A DNA stretch of 64,000 nucleotides from Eledone cirrhosa. Its lineage: Eukaryota. The stretch is from positions 36,394,001-36,458,000 of the forward strand of contig OZ024740.1 in the NCBI GenBank assembly GCA_964016885.1, given 5' to 3'. The notes beneath the pieces were generated by a model. The model was not told the DNA's origin and did not search any database. It saw only the letters and a program-made list of their open reading frames with translations. Numbering within the stretch: the stretch's first letter is position 1; every line of letters starts with the position of its first letter. Both the position numbers and the translations under genes were made by a program. Below, piece after piece: positions 12,101-27,919 of this stretch.

Positions 12101-15100
12101 TACATACCGTGGAGCGTGAAACTACATACTCTGGAGAGTGAAACTACATACTCTGGAGAGTGAACCTACATACTATGGAGAGTGAAACTATATACTGTGG
12201 AGAGTGAAACTACATATAGTGGAGTGTCAAACTACATACTATGGAGAGTGAAACTACATACTGTGGATAGTGAAATTACAAAGTGTGGAGAGTGAGACAA
12301 CATACTGTGGAGAGTCAAACTACATACTCTGGAGAGTATAATTATATACTGTGGACACTGAAAGTATATACTGTGGAGAGTGAAATTACATACTGTGGAG
12401 AGTGAAATTACATATCGTGGAGAGTGAAACTACATACCGTGGAGAGTGAAATTACATACTGTGGAGAGTGAAACTACATACTATGGAGAGTGGAACTACA
12501 TACTGTGAAAAGAGAAACTACATACTCGGGAGAGTGAAACTACATAGTGTGGAGAGTGAAACGACATACTGTGGAGAGTGAAACTACATTGTGTGGAGAG
12601 TCAAACTACATACTGTGGAGAGTGAAACCACATACAGTGGATAGTGAAACTATGTACTGTGGAGAGTAAAATACTTACCCTGGAGAGTGAAACTACATAC
12701 CGTGGAGAGTGAAATTACATACTGTGGAGAGTGAAACTACATACTATGGAGAGTGGAACTACATACTGTGAAAAGAGAAACTACATACTCGGGAGAGTGA
12801 AACTACATAGTGTGGAGAGTGAAACGACATACTGTGGAGAGTGAAACTACATTGTGTGGAGAGTCAAACTACATACTGTGGAGAGTGAAACCACATACTG
12901 TGGAGAGTGAAACTACATATTATGGAGAGTGAAACTACATACTATGGAGAGTGAAACTACCTATTGTGGAGAGTGAAACTACATATTATGGAGAGTGAAA
13001 CTACATACTGTGGAGACTGAAACTACATACTGTGGAGAGTGAAACTACATACTGTGAAGAGTGAAACTACATACTATGGAGAGTGAAACTACATACTATG
13101 GAGAGTGAAACTACATACTGTGGAGAGTGAAACTACATACTATGAAGAGTGAAACTACATACTATGGAGAGTGAAACTACATACTCTGGAGAGTGAAACT
13201 ACATACTATGGAGAGTGAAACTACATGCTATGGAGAGTGAAACTACATACTATGGAGAGTCAAACTACATACAGTGAAGAGTAAAATTATAGACTGTGGA
13301 GAGTGAAACTACATACTGAGGAGAGTGAAACTATATACTGTTGAGAGTCAAACTACATACAGTGGAGAGTGAAACTAAGTACTATGGAGAGTGAAACTAC
13401 ATACTGTGGAGAGTGAAACTACATACTATGGAGAGTGAAACTACATACTGTGGAGAGTGAAACTACATACTATGGAGTGTCAAACTACACAGTGTGGAGA
13501 GTGAAACTACATACTATGGAGAGTGAAACTACATACTCTGGAGAGTGAAACTTCATACTAAGGAGAGTGAAACTACATATTATGTAGAGTGAAACTACAT
13601 ACTATGGAGAGTGAAACTACATACTCTGGAGAGTGAAACTACATATTGTGGAGAGTGAAACTACATATTGTGGAGAGTGAAACTACATACTATGGAGAGT
13701 GAAACTACATTCTATGGAGAGTGAAACTACATACTCTGGAGAGTGAAACTTCACACTATGGAGAGTGAAACTACATACTATGGAGAGTGAAACTACATAC
13801 TATGGAGAGTGAAACTACATACTATGGAGAGTGAAACTACATACTCTGGAGAGTGGAACCACATACTATGGAGAGTGAAACTACATACTATGGAGAGTGA
13901 AACTACATACTATGGAGAGTGAAACTACATACTGTGGAGAATGAAACTACATACTATGAAGAGTGAAACTACATACTATGGAGAGTGAAACTACATACTC
14001 TGGAGAGTGAAACTACATACTATGGAGAGTGAAACTACATGCTATGGAGAGTGAAACTACATACTATGGAGAGTCAAACTACATACAGTGAAGAGTAAAA
14101 TTATAGACTGTGGAGAGTGAAACTACATACTGAGGAGAATGAAACTATATACTGTTGAGTGTCAAACTACATACAGTGGATAGTGAAACTAAGTACTATG
14201 GAGAGTGAAACTACATACTGTGGAGAGTGAAACTACATACTATGGAGAGTGAAACTACATACTGTGGAGAGTGAAACTACATACTATGGAGTGTCAAACT
14301 ACACAGTGTGGTGAGTGAAACTACATACTATGGAGAGTGAAACTACATACTCTGGAGAGTGAAACTACATAATGTGGAGAGTGAAACTACATACTAGGGA
14401 AGGTGAAACTAAATACTATGGAGAGTCAAACTACATTCTATGGAGAGTGAAACTACATACTCTGGAGAGTGAAACTACATACTCTGGAGAGTGAAACTTC
14501 ATACTAAGGAGAGTGAAACTACATATTATGTAGAGTGAAACTACATACTATGGAGAGTGAAACTACATACTCTGGAGAGTGAAACTACATAATGTGGAGA
14601 GTGAAACTACATATTGTGGAGAGTGAAACTACATACTATGGAGAGTGAAACTACATACTATGGAGAGTGAAACTACATACTATGGAGAGTGAAACTACAT
14701 ACTATGGAGAGTGAAACTACATACTCTGGAGAGTGGAACCACATACTATGGAGAGTGAAACTACATACTATGGAGAGTGAAACTACATACTATGGAGAGT
14801 GAAACTACATACTATGGAGCGTGAAACTACATACTATGGAGAGTGAAACTACATACTGTGGAAAGTGAAACTACATTCTATGGAGAGTGAAACTACTTAC
14901 TCTGGAGAGTGAAACTACATACTGTGGAGAGTGAAACTATATACCGTGGAGAGACAAACTACATACTGTGGAGAGTGAAACTATATACTATGGAGAGTGA
15001 AACTACATGCTGTGGAGAGTGAAACTACATACTGTGGAGAGTAAAATACATACCATGGAGAGTGAAACTACATACTGTGGAGAGTAAAATACATACCCTG

Positions 15101-18100
15101 GAGAGTGAAACTACATACTGTGGAAAGTGAAACTACATACTATGGAGAGTGAAACTACTTACTCTGGAGAGTGAAACTACATAATGTGGATAGTAAAATA
15201 CAGACACTGGAGAGTGAAACTACAAACTGTGGAAAGTGAAACTACCTACTGTGTAGAGTGAAACTACATACTGTGGAGAGTGAAACTACATACCGTGGAG
15301 AGTGAAACTACATACTGTGGAGAGTGAAACTTCATATAATTGAGAGTGAAACTACATACCGTGGAGAGTGAAACTACATACTGTGGAGAGTGAAACTTCA
15401 TATAATTGAGAGTGAAACTACATACTGTGGAGAGTGAAATTACATACTGTGGAGGGGGAAACTTCATATAATGGAGAGTGAAACTACATACATTGGAGAG
15501 TGAAACTACATATTGTGGAGAGTGCAGTTATATACTGTGGACAGTAAAACTACATACTGTGGAAAGTGAAACTAGATACTATGGAGAGTGAAACTACATA
15601 CTGTGCAGAGTGAAAACTACATAATATGGAGAGTAAAACTACATCTTGTGTAGAGTCAAACTACATATTGTGGAGAGTGAAACTACATACTGTGGAGAGT
15701 GAAACTACATACTGTGGAGAGTAAAATACTTACACTGGAGAGTGAAACTACATACTGTGGAGAGTAAAATACATACCCTGGAGAGTGAAACTACATATGT
15801 GGAAAGTGAAACTACATACTATGGAGAGTGAAACTACTTACTCTGGAGAGTGAAACTACATATTCTGGATAGTAAAATACAGACACTGGAGAGTGAAACT
15901 ACAAACTGTGGAAAGTGAAACTACCTACTGTGTAGAGTGAAACTACATACTGTGGAGAGTGAAACTACATACCGTGGAGAGTGAAACTACCTACTGTGTA
16001 GAGTGAAACTACATACTGTGGAGAGTGAAACTACATACTGTGGAGAGTGAAATTACATACTGTGGAGGGGGAAACTTCATATAATGGAGAGTGAAACTAC
16101 ATACGGTGGAGAGGGAAACTACATATTGTGGAGAGTGCAGTTATATACTGTGGACAGTAAAACTACATACTGTGGAAAGTGAAACTAGATACTATGGAGA
16201 GTGAAACTACATAATGTGCAGAGTGAAAACTACATAATATGGAGAGTAAAACTACATCTTGTGTAGAGTCAAACTACATACTGTGGAGAGTGAAACTACA
16301 TACTGTGGAGAGTGAAACTACATACTGTGGAGAGTGAAACTACATACTATGGCGAGTGCAATTACATACTGTGGAGAGTGAAACTACATACTGTGGAGAG
16401 TAAAATAAATATTCTGGAGATTGAAACTACATACTGTGGAGAGTCAAACTAGATACTGTGGAGAGTGAAACAACATACTGTGGAGAGTGAAACTACATAC
16501 TGTGGAGAGTGCAATTACATACTGTGGAGAGTAAAACTACATACTCTGGAGACTAAAACTACATTCTGTGGAAAGTGAAACTACATACTATGGAGAGTGA
16601 AACTACATACTGTGGAGAGTGGAACTACATACTGTGGAGAGTGAAACTACATAGTGTGGAGAGTAAAACTACATTCTGTGGAGAGTGAAACTACATACTA
16701 TGGAGAGTAAAGCTACATACTTTGGAGAGTGAAACTACATACTGTGGAGAGTCAAACTACATAGTGTGGAGAGTCAAACTACATACTGTGGATAGTGAAC
16801 CTACACACTGTGGAGAGTCTAACTACATACTGTAGAGAGTGAAACTATATACTATGGAGAGTCAAACTACATACTGTGGAGAGTGAAACTACATACTATG
16901 GAGAGGGAAACTAGATACTATGTCGAGTGAAACTATATACTGTGAAGAGTCAAACTACATACTATGGAGAGTTAGACTACATACTGTGGAGAGTGAAACT
17001 ACATACTATGGAGAGTAAAACTACATACTCTGGAGAGTGCAATTATATACTGTGCAGCGTGAAACTACAAACTGTAGAGAGTGCAATTATATACTGTGGA
17101 GAGTGAAACTACATATTGTGGAAAGTGAAACTACATAGTGTGGAGAGTGAAACTACCTACTGTGGAGAGTGAAACTACATAATATGGAGAGTAAAACTAC
17201 ATATTGTGGAGAGTGAAACTACATACTATGGAGAGTGAGACTACATACTGTGGAGAGTAAAATACATATTCTGGAGAGTGAAACTACACATTGTGGAGAG
17301 TGAAACTACATACTGCGGAGAGTGCAACTACACATTGTGGAGAGTGGAACTTCATACCGTGGAGAGTGAAACTACATACTGTGGAGAGTGAAACTACATA
17401 CTCTGGAGAGTGAACCTACATATTGTGGAGAGTGAACCTACATACTATGGAGAGTGAAACTACATACTGGGGAGAGTGAAACTACATATAGTGGAGAGTG
17501 CAATTACATACTGTGGAAAGGAAAAACTACATACTCTGGAGAGTAAAACAACATATTGTGCAGAGGGAAACTATATACTGTGGAGAGTGAAACTACATAC
17601 TGTGGAGAGTGAATCTTCACATAATGGAGTGTGAAACTACATACAGTGGAGAATGAAACTGCATACTGTGGAGAGTGCAATTATATACTGTGGTGAGTGA
17701 AACTACATACCGTGGAGAGTGCAAGTACATACTGTGGAGAGTGAAACTAAATAATATGGGGAGTAAAACTACATATTGTGAAGAGTCAAACTACATACTG
17801 TGGAGTGTGAAACTACATACTGTGTAGAGTGAAACTACATAGTGTGGAGAGTGAAACCACTTACAGTGGAGAGTGAAACTACATGCCGTGGAGAGTGCAA
17901 TTACATACTGTGGAGAGTGAAACTAGATACTGTGGAGAGTAAAATACATACTCTGGAGAGTGAAACTACATAATGTGGAAAGTGAAACTACATACTGTGG
18001 AAAGTGAAACTACATTCTGTAGAGAGTGAAACTACATACCGTGGAGAGTGAAACTACATACTCTGGAGAGTGAAACTACATACTCTGGAGAGTGAACCTA

Positions 18101-21100
18101 CATACTATGGAGAGTGAAACTACATACTGTGGAGAATGAAACTACATATAGTGGTGTGTCAAACTACATACTCTGGAGAGTGAAACTACATACTCTGGAG
18201 AGTGAACCTACATACTATGAACAGAGAAACTACATACTGTGGAGAGTGAAACTTCATAACGTGGAGAGTGAAAGTACATACTGTGGAGAGTGAAACTACA
18301 TACTCTGGAGAGTGAACCTACATATTGTGGAAATTCTAACTACATACTCTAGAGAGTGAAACTACATACCGTGGACAGTGAAACTACATACTCTGGAGAG
18401 TGAAACTACATACTCTGGAGAGTGAACCTACATACTATGGAGAGTGAAACTATATACTGTCGAGAGTGAAACTACATATAGTGGAGTGTCAAACTACATC
18501 CTATGGAGAGTGAAACTACTTACTGTGGATAGTGAAATTACAAAGTGTGGAGAGTGAGACAACATACTGTGGAGAGTCAAATTACATACTTTGGAGAGTA
18601 CAATTATATACTGTGGACACTGAAAATATATACTGTGGAGAGTGAAATTACATACTGTGGAGAGTGAAATTACATATCGTGGAGAGTGAAACTACATACC
18701 GTGGAGAGTGAAATTACATACTGTGGAGAGTGAAACTACATACTATGGAGAGTGGAACTACATACTGTGAAAAGAGAAACTACATACTCGGGAGAGTGAA
18801 ACTACATAGTGTGGAGAGTGAAACGACATACTGTGGAGAGTAAAACTACATTGTGTGGAAAGTCAAACTACATACTGTGGAGAGTGAAACCACATACAGT
18901 GGATAGTGAAACTACGTACTGTGGAGAGTGCAATTACATACTCTAGAGAGTGAAACTACATACTGTCGAAAGTCAAACGACATACTATGGAGAGGGAAAC
19001 AACATACTGTGGAGAGTGAAACTACATACTGTGGAGAGTGAAACTACATATTATGGAGAGTGAAACTACATCCTATGGAGAGTGAAACTACATACTGTGG
19101 AGAGTGAAACTACATACTGTGGAGAGTGAAACTACATACTGTGGAGAGTGAAACTACATACTATGGAGAGTGAAACTACATACTATGGAGAGTGAAACTA
19201 CATACTGTGGAGAGTGAAACTACATACTATGAAGAGTGAAACTACATACTATGGAGAGTGAAACTACATACTCTGGAGAGTGAAACTACATACTATGGCG
19301 AGTGAAACTACATGCTATGGAGAGTGAAACTACATACTATGGAGAGTCAAACTACATACAGTGTAGAGTAAAATTATAGACTGTGGAGAGTGAAACTACA
19401 TACTGAGGAGAGTGAAACTATATACTGTTGAGAGTCAAACTAGATACAGTGGAGAGTGAAACTACGTACTATGGAGCGTGAAACTACATACTGTGGAGAG
19501 TGAAACTACATATTATGGAGAGTGAAACTACATACTGTGGAGAGTGAAACTACATTCTATGGAGTGTCAAACTACACAGTGTGGAGAGTGAAACTACATA
19601 CTATGGAGAGTGAAACTACATACTCTGGAGAGTGAAACTACATAATGTGGAGAGTGAAACTACATACTAGGAAAGGTGAAACTAAATACTATGGAGAGTC
19701 AAACTACATACTATGGAGAGTGAAACTACATACTCTGGAGAGTGAAACTACATACTCTGGAGAGTTAAACTTCATACTAAGGAGAGTGAAACTACATATT
19801 ATGTAGAGTGAAACTACATACTATGGAGAGTGAAACTACATACTCTGGAGAGTGAAACTACATACTGTGGAGAGTGAAACTACATATTGTGGAGAGGGAA
19901 ACTATATACTGTGGAGAGTGAAACTACATACTGTGGAGAGTGAATCTTCACATAATGGAGTGTGAAACTACATACAGTGGAGAATGAAACTGCATACTGT
20001 GGAGAGTGCAATTATATACTGTGGTGAGTGAAACTACATACCGTGGAGAGTGCAAGTACATACTGTGGAGAGTGAAACTAAATAATATGGAGAGTAAAAC
20101 TACATATTGTGAAGAGTCAAACTACATACTGTGGAGTGTGAAACTACATACTGTGTAGAGTGAAACTGCATAGTGTGGAGAGTGAAACTACCTACTGTGG
20201 AGAGTGAAACTACATAATATGGAGAGTAAAACTACATATTGTGGAGAGTGAAACTACATACTATGGAGAGTGAGACTACATACTGTGGAGAGTAAAATAC
20301 ATATTCTGGAGAGTGAAACTACACATTGTGGAGAGTGAAACTACATACTGCGGAGAGTGCAACTACACATTGTGGAGAGTGGAACTTCATACCGTGGAGA
20401 GTGAAACTACATACTGTGGAGAGTGAAACTACATACTCTGGAGAGTGAACCTACATATTGTGGAGAGTGAACCTACATACTATGGAGAGTGAAACTACAT
20501 ACTGGGGAGAGTGAAACTACATATAGTGGAGAGTGCAATTACATACTGTGGAGAGGAAAAACTACATACTCTGGAGAGTAAAACAACATATTGTGGAGAG
20601 GGAAACTATATACTGTGGAGAGTGAAACTACATACTGTGGAGAGTGAATCTTCACATAATGGAGTGTGAAACTACATACAGTGGAGAATGAAACTGCATA
20701 CTGTGGAGAGTGCAATTATATACTGTGGTGAGTGAAACTACATACCGTGGAGAGTGCAAGTACATACTGTGGAGAGTGAAACTAAATAATATGGAGAGTA
20801 AAACTACATATTGTGAAGAGTCAAACTACATACTGTGGAGTGTGAAACTACATACTGTGTAGAGTGAAACTACATAGTGTGGAGAGTGAAACCACTTACA
20901 GTGGAGAGGGAAACTACATGCCGTGGAGAGTGCAATTACATACTGTGGAGAGTGAAACTAGATACTGTGGAGAGTAAAATACATACTCTGGAGAGTGAAA
21001 CTACATAATGTGGAAAGTGAAACTACATACTGTGGAAAGTGAAACTACATTCTGTAGAGAGTGAAACTACATACCGTGGAGAGTGAAACTACATACTCTG

Positions 21101-24100
21101 GAGAGTGAAACTACATACTCTGGAGAGTGAACCTACATACTATGGAGAGTGAAACTACATACTGTGGAGAATGAAACTACATATAGTGGTGTGTCAAACT
21201 ACATACTCTGGAGAGTGAAACTACATACTCTGGAGAGTGAACCTACATACTATGGACAGAGAAACTACATACTGTGGAGAATAAAACTTCATAACGTGGA
21301 GAGTGAAAGTACATACTGTGGAGAGTGAAACTACATACTCTGGAGAGTGAACCTACATATTGTGGAAAGTCTAACTACATACTGTAGAGAGTGAAACTAC
21401 ATACCGTGGACAGTGAAACTACATACTCTGGAGAGTGAAACTACATACTCTGGAGAGTGAACCTACATACTATGGAGAGTGAAACTATATACTGTCGAGA
21501 GTGAAACTACATATAGTGGAGTGTCAAACTACATACTATGGAGAGTGGAACTGCTTACTGTGGATAGTGAAATTACAAAGTGTGGAGAGTGAGACAACAT
21601 ACTGTGGAGAGTCAAATTACATACTTTGGAGAGTACAATTATATACTGTGGACACTGAAAGTATATACTGTGGAGAGTGAAATTACATACTGTGGAGAGT
21701 GAAATTACATATCGTGGAGAGTGAAACTACATACCGTGGAGAGTGAAATTACATACTGTGGAGAGTGAAACTACATACTATGGAGAGTGGAACTACATAG
21801 TGTGGAGAGTGAAACGACATACTGTGGAGAGTGAAACTACATTGTGTGGAAAGGCAAACTACATACTGTGGAGAGTGAAACCACATACAGTGGATAGTGA
21901 AACTACGTACTGTGGAGAGTGCAATTACATACTCTGGAGAGTGAAACTACATACTGTCGAAAGTGAAACGACATACTATGGAGAGGGAAACAACATACTG
22001 TGGAGAGTGAAACTAAATACTGTGGAGAGTGAAACTACATATTATGGAGAGTGAAACTACATACTATGGAGAGTGAAACTACATACTGTGGAGAGTGAAA
22101 CTACATACTGTGGAGAGTGAAACTACATACTGTGGAGAGTGAAACTACATACTATGAAGAGTGAAACTACATACTATGGAGAGTGAAACTACATACTCTG
22201 GAGAGTGAACCTACATACTATGGAGAGTGAAACTATATACTGTCGAGAGTGAAACTACATATAGTGGAGTGTCAAACTACATACTATGGAGAGTGGAACT
22301 ACTTACTGTGGATAGTGAAATTACAAAGTGTGGAGAGTGAGACAACATACTGTGGAGAGTCAAATTACATACTTTGGAGAGTACAATTATATACTGTGGA
22401 CACTGAAAGTATATACTGTGGAGAGTGAAATTACATACTGTGGAGAGTGAAATTACATATCGTGGAGAGTGAAACTACATACCGTGGAGAGTGAAATTAC
22501 ATACTGTGGAGAGTGAAACTACATACTATGGAGAGTGGAACTACATAGTGTGGAGAGTGAAACGACATACTGTGGAGAGTGAAACTACATTGTGTGGAAA
22601 GGCAAACTACATACTGTGGAGAGTGAAACCACATACAGTGGATAGTGAAACTACGTACTGTGGAGAGTGCAATTACATACTCTGGAGAGTGAAACTACAT
22701 ACTGTCGAAAGTGAAACGACATACTATGGAGAGGGAAACAACATACTGTGGAGAGTGAAACTACATACTGTGGAGAGTGAAACTACATATTATGGAGAGT
22801 GAAACTACATACTATGGAGAGTGAAACTACATACTGTGGAGAGTGAAACTACATACTGTGGAGAGTGAAACTACATACTGTGGAGAGTGAAACTACATAC
22901 TATGAAGAGTGAAACTACATACTATGGAGAGTGAAACTACATACTCTGGAGAGTGAAACTACATACTATGGAGAGTGAAACTACATGCTATGGAGAGTCA
23001 AACTACATACTATGGAGAGTCAAACTACATACAGTGTAGAGTAAAATTATAGACTGTGGAGAGTGAAACTACATACTGAGGAGAGTGAAACTATATACTG
23101 TTGAGAGTCAAACTAGATACAGTGGAGAGTGAAACTACGTACTATGGAGAGTGAAACTACATACTGTGGAGAGTGAAACTACATACTATGGAGAGTGAAA
23201 CTACATACTGTGGAGAGTGAAACTACATACTATGGAGTGTCAAACTACACAGTGTGGAGAGTGAAACTACATACTATGGAGAGTGAAACTACATACTCTG
23301 GAGAGTGAAACTACATAATGTGGAGAGTGAAACTACATACTAGGAAAGGTGAAACTAAATACTATGGAGAGTCAAACTACATACTATGGAGAGTGAAACT
23401 ACATACTCTGGAGAGTGAAACTACATACTCTGGAGAGTGAAACTTCATACTAAGGAGAGTGAAACTACATATTATGTAGAGTGAAACTACATACTATGGA
23501 GAGTGAAACTACATACTCTGGAGAGTGAAACTACATAATGTGGAGAGTGAAACTACATATTGTGGAGAGTGAAACTACATACTATGGAGAGTGAAACTAC
23601 ATACTATGGAGAGTGAAACTACATACTCTGGAGAGTGAAACCTCACACTATGGAGAGTGAAACTACATACTATGGAGAGTGAAACTACATACTATGGAGA
23701 GTGAAACTACATACTATGGAGAGAGAAAGTACATACTCTGGAGAGTGGAACCACATACTATGGAGAGTGAAACTACATACTATGGAGAGTGAAACTACAT
23801 ACTATGGAGAGTGAAACTACATACTATGGAGAGTGAAACTACATACTGTGGAAAGTGAAACTACATACTATGGAGAGTGAAACTACTTACTCTGGAGAGT
23901 GAAACTACATACTGTGGAGAGTGAAACTATATACTGTGGAGAGACAAACTACATACTGTGGAGAGTGAAACTATATACTATGGAGAGTGAAACTACATGC
24001 TGTGGAGAAGTGAAACTACATACTGTGGAGAGTAAAATACATACAATGGAGAGTGAAACTACATACTGTGGAGAGTAAAATACATACCCTGGAGAGTGAA

Positions 24101-27100
24101 ACTACATACTGTGGAAAGTGAAACTACATACTATGGAGAGTGAAACTACTTAATCTGGAGAGTGAAACTACATACTGTGGATAGTAAAATACAGACACTG
24201 GAGAGTGAAACTACAAACTGTGGAAAGTGAAACTACCTACTGTGTAGAGTGAAACTACATACTGTGGAGAGTGAAACTACATACCGTGGAGAGTGAAACT
24301 ACATACTGTGGAGAGTGAAACTTCATATAATTGAGAGTGAAACTACATACCGTGGAGAGTGAAACTACATACTGTGGAGAGTGAAACTTCATATAATTGA
24401 GAGTGAAACTACATACTCTGGAGAGTGAAACTACATACTCTGGAGAGTGAACCTACATACTATGGAGAGTGAAACTATATACTGTCGAGAGTGAAACTAC
24501 ATATAGTGGAGTGTCAAACTACATACTATGGAGAGTGAAACTACATACTGTGGATAGTGAAATTACAAAGTGTGGAGAGTGAGACAACATACTGTGGAGA
24601 GTCAAACTACATACTGTGGAGAGTACAATTATATACTGTGGACACTGAAAGTATATACTGTGGAGAGTGAAATTACATACTGTGGAGAGTGAAATTACAT
24701 ATCGTGGAGAGTGAAACTACATACCGTGGAGAGTGAAATTACATACTGTGGAGAGTGAAACTACATACTATGGAGAGTGGAACTACATACTGTGAAAAAA
24801 AAAACTACATACTCGGGAGAGTGAAACTACATAGTGTGGAGAGTGAAACGACATACTGTGGAGAGTGAAACTACATTGTGTGGAGAGTCAAACTACATAC
24901 TCTGGAGAGTGAAACCACATACAGTGGATAGTGAAACTACGTACTGTGGAGAGTGCAATTACATACTCTGGAGAGTGAAACTACATACTGTCGAAAGTGA
25001 AACGACATACTATGGAGAGGGAAACAACATACTGTGGAGAGTGAAACTACATACTGTGGAGAGTGAAACTACATATTATGGAGAGTGAAACTACATACTG
25101 TGGAGAGTGAAACTACATACTGTGGAGAGTGAAACTACATACTATGGAGAGTGAAACTACATACTATGGAGAGTGAAACTACATACTGTGGAGAGTGAAA
25201 CTACATACTATGAAGAGTGAAACTACATACTATGGAGAGTGAAACTACATACTCTGGAGAGTGAAACTACATACTATGGAGAGTGAAACTACATGCCATG
25301 GAGAGTGAAACTACATACTATGGAGAGTCAAACAACATACAGTGAAGAGTAAAATTATAGACTGTGGAGAGTGAAACTACATACTGAGGAGAGTGAAACT
25401 ATATACTGTTGAGAGTCAAACTAGATACAGTGGAGAGTGAAACTACGTACTATGGAGAGTGAAACTACATACTGTGGAGAGTGAAACTACATACTATGGA
25501 GAGTGAAACTACATACTGTGGAGAGTGAAACTACATACTATGGAGTGTCAAACTACACAGTGTGGAGAGTGAAACTACATACTATGGAGAGTGAAACTAC
25601 ATACTCTGGAGAGTGAAACTACATAATGTGGAGAGTGAAACTACATACTAGGGAAGGTGAAACTAAATACTATGGAGAGTCAAACTACATACTATGGAGA
25701 GTGAAACTACATACTCTGGAGAGTGAAACTACATACTCTGGAGAGTGAAACTTCATACTAAGGAGAGTGAAACTACATATTATGTAGAGTGAAACTACAT
25801 ACTATGGAGAGTGAAACTACATACTCTGGAGAGTGAAACTACATAATGTGGAGAGTGAAACTACATATTGTGGAGAGTGAAACTACATACTATGGAGAGT
25901 GAAACTACATACTATGGAGAGTGAAACTACATACTCTGGAGAGTGAAACCTCACACTATGGAGAGTGAAACTACATACTATGGAGAGTGAAACTACATAC
26001 TATGGAGAGTGAAACTACATACTATGGAGAGTGAAACTACATACTCTGGAGAGTGGAACCACATACTATGCAGAGTGAAACTACATACTATGGAGAGTGA
26101 AACTACATACTATGGAGAGTGAAACTACATACTATGGAGAGTGAAACTACATACTGTGGAAAGTTAAACTACATACTATGGAGAGTGAAACTACTTACTC
26201 TGGAGAGTGAAACTACATACTGTGGAGAGTGAAACTATATACTGTGGAGAGACAAACTACATACTGTGGAGAGTGAAACTATATACTATGGAGAGAGAAA
26301 CTACATGCTGTGGAGAAGTGAAACTACATACTGTGGAGAGTAAAATACATACAATGGAGAGTGAAACTACATACTGTGGAGAGTAAAATACATACCCTGG
26401 AGAGTGAAACTACATACTGTGGAAAGTGAAATTACATACTATGGAGAGTGAAACTACTTACTCTGGAGAGTGAAACTACATACTGTGGATAGTAAAATAC
26501 AGACACTGGAGAGTGAAACTACAAACTGTGGAAAGTGAAACTACCTACTGTGTAGAGTGAAACTACATACTGTGGAGAGTGAAACTACATACCGTGGAGA
26601 GTGAAACTACATACTGTGGAGAGTGAAACTTCATATAATTGAGAGTGAAACTACATACCGTGGAGAGTGAAGCTACATACTGTGGAGAGTGAAACTTCAT
26701 ATAATTGAGAGTGAAACTACATACTGTGGAGAGTGAAATTACATACTGTGGAGGGGGAAACTTCATATAATGGAGAGTGAAACTACATACAGTGGAGAGT
26801 GAAACTACATACTGTGGAGAGTGAAACTACATACTATGGAGAGTGCAATTACATACTGTGGAGAGTGAAACTACATACTGTGGAGAGTAAAATACATATT
26901 CTGGAGAGTGAAACTACATACTGTGGAGAGTGAAACTACATAGTGTGGAGAGTGAAACTACATACTGTGGAGAGTGAAACTACATACTATGGAGAGTAAA
27001 GCTACATACTGTGGAGAGTGAAACTACATACTGTGGAGAGTCAAACTACATAGTGTAGAGAGTCAAACTACATACTGTGGATAGTGAACCTACACACTGT

Positions 27101-27919
27101 GGAGAGTCTAACTACATACTGTAGAGAGTGAAACTATATACTATGGAGTGTCAAACTACATACTGTGGAGAGTGAAACTACATACTATAGAGAGGGAAAC
27201 TAGATACTATGTCGAGTGAAACAATATACTATGGAGAGTCAAACTACATAGTGTGGAGAGGGAAACTAGATACTGTGGAGAGTGAAACTACATAGTGTGG
27301 AGAGGGAAATTACATACTGTGGAGAGTGAAACTATATACTGTGAAGAGTCAAACTACATACTATGGAGAGTTAGACTACATACTGTGGAGAGTGAAACTA
27401 CATACTATGGAGAGTAAAACTACATACTCTGGAGAGTGCAGTTATATACTGTGCAGCGTGAAACTACATACTGTAGAGAGTGCAATTATATACTGTGGAG
27501 AGTGAAACTACATATTGTGGAAAGTGAAACTACATAGTGTGGATAGTGAAACTACATACTGTGGAGAGTGAACCTACACACTGTGGAGAGTGAAACAACC
27601 TACTGTGGAGAGTGAAACTACATAATATGGAGAGTAAAACTACATATTGTGTAGAGTCAAACTACATAATATGGAGAGTGAAACTACATACTGTGGAGAG
27701 TGAAACTACATACTATGGAGTGTCAAACTACACAGTGTGGAGAGTGAAACTACATACTATGGAGAGTGAAACTACATACACTGGAGAGTGAAACTACATA
27801 ATGTGGAGAGTGAAACTACATACTAGGGAATGTGAAACTAAATACTATGGAGAGTCAAACTACATACAATGGAGAGTGAAACTACATACTCTGGAGAGTG
27901 AAACTACATACTCTGGAGA